DNA from: Octopus bimaculoides
Lineage: Eukaryota
Length of the DNA stretch: 64,000 nt
Reading direction: 5' to 3'
Assembly: GCF_001194135.2 (NCBI RefSeq)
Contig: NC_068985.1
Location: forward strand, 30,828,829 to 30,892,828
Shown here in pieces: positions 62,420-64,000 of the stretch. The first letter of the stretch is position 1. The number at the start of each line of letters is the position of its first letter. Position numbers and translations under genes: made by a program. The notes beneath the pieces are model-generated. The model worked only from the letters and a program-made list of their open reading frames with translations, made no database searches and was not told the origin of the DNA.

Positions 62420-63960
62420 GTAACTAATTATGAACTTTTATGCTCTCTTGTATTTATTTACTTATTTATCTTTGTTAGTTTTGGTTGAATGTTTCTGCAA
62501 ATCTTGATGATTATTTACAAAACTTACAGGTAATTGTCTTTATTTTCAGCTAGGTTGGGCATAACAATTTTATTCTCACTGGGCCAGTTTATTTATAACA
62601 CACAGTTCATTGCAGCTGGAGTGCTATTATTATTGATAAATTTATGTTAACTTGCTATTTAGACATTAGATTAGAGTTTAAGACCTGTTTTGATTCCTGA
62701 CAAAAGTTTATCCATTTCACATATTTGCTAACATTCTTAAGAAAGGCATTAATATTAAATCATTTGATCTTTCTCCTATCCTTTCTAGACAATGAGATAG
62801 TGATAGTTGAATAAGATTACTCTTCAGTTTGAACTCTTGAAGGTCAAGTATAGGTAGAAAAACTTGGGCTGGTAAGGAGTTCCCAAGTTCTTGAGTGGAA
62901 TGATCTTATTAAGTGCTTATTATGAAGTAAGAGGAGAAACAGATGAGATGATTGGCTCTACGTGAATGTTATATATTGTTAGCAAGTTCAGACTTCACAT
63001 TGGGCTACTTTCTTAGCCATTTGGGCTACTTTCTTATCATACAATATAACTGTGATAAAAAATTTGAGATTTAGATTTAGTAAGACAAATAATTTCTGAG
63101 ATAGGATAGTAACCTAAGACTATCAATGAAATATTTCAACATATTAAACATTTCAGATTGTTAAATCTTTGTTTAAAATGTTGTTTTATTATTAATTCTT
63201 GAACAAGGATTTCTTTTGCAGTTGAAAAATCCTTTTTGTAAAGAGAGGGGTATAGTGAGTTGTAAAATCCCAGTATCTTATGGTATTTATTTCAGTAACA
63301 ATAAGCAGCTAAAAAGTAAAAGAAATTTTTGCATAACTGTCAAGAATCTAGCAATTATTTTAACAAGTCAAATCAAAAACATGAAGGCATTGCCCATGAT
63401 ATGTAAACACTCACAAACTGGTGAATTTGTTATGGCTTATGCTTGTGTCAATGTTTACAGGAAAAACATAATTGTTGAAAACACTAGGATCTAGTCTAAA
63501 TTCTTGCAACAGAATGAATTAAAAGCAATCTGGCTTCATGTTGACTGCACCAAGAAAATACTAAATGTTTCTTGCATCATTGTTTATAATAAAGAATATA
63601 TATATTTTTTTATTACTATCAAAATTACTGATAAGGCAATGGAGACAGTTAAAACAATGGCACTGGATTAAATGATTTATAGTTGTAAACTAAGTCAATT
63701 TTTCTTTTATCCTTCTGTGATCAAGGAAATAAATATTAGTCAAGTCCCAGGGTTAATGAAATTGACAACATCTCACTCCCTCAAAATATATGATATTTTG
63801 GATTCCATCATTGAACAGATTTCTCTTTTCCCTCTCACATTGTTGCTTTATCATTATGTATAATATCATTTTACGTAAAAAAATATTAGCAGTTATTTCA
63901 TGTTCACATGAACAAACCTATTACTTGATTCAATGTCCTTTTATTTTTCCTTTATTATAG

Positions 63961-64000
63961 GGGTCAAGGGAAATATGATAATCCCAACAATATCTACGTG
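63961..64000 (+). CDS. SORL1: SORL1 coding exon 5, truncated by the window end
   Basis: Polypyrimidine tract and tttattatag| acceptor. Phase 2 completes Trp, then GQGKYDNPNNIYV versus human GIDPYDKPNTIYI. Confidence 0.88.

Overview
AT-rich, repeat-dense eukaryotic genomic DNA. It is most likely an octopus (inferred from the SINE/RTE families, the microsatellite load and the 10-N gap style). The one host gene is on the + strand: the 5' part of a SORL1/SorLA (sortilin-related receptor, Vps10p-domain) orthologue. Coding exons are 11005-11325, 59362-59595, 60274-60435, 62352-62419 and 63961 to the window end; all have GT-AG boundaries and compatible phases, and intron 1 is 48 kb. The rest is transposon fossils: several RTE LINE families, CRE- and HERO-type RLE retrotransposon fragments, Penelope-like pseudo-LTRs, two mariner and two maT-like DNA transposons, hAT, piggyBac and foldback MITEs, at least three SINE families and a Helitron fragment. 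The most notable observations are a fully foldable minimal hammerhead ribozyme (26825-26864, minus), a DINE-1/HINE-like Helentron-associated element (36461-37597), an RTE insertion with the twin-priming 5'-inversion geometry and a TSD (31042-31802), a modular hairpin-repeat RTE 3'UTR, and a CpG-retaining, TE-free zone over the SORL1 first exon. No prokaryotic features, CRISPR arrays or true tRNA/rRNA genes were found. Repeat boundaries are approximate unless a TIR or TSD is quoted. Family names come from motif recognition, not database searches.
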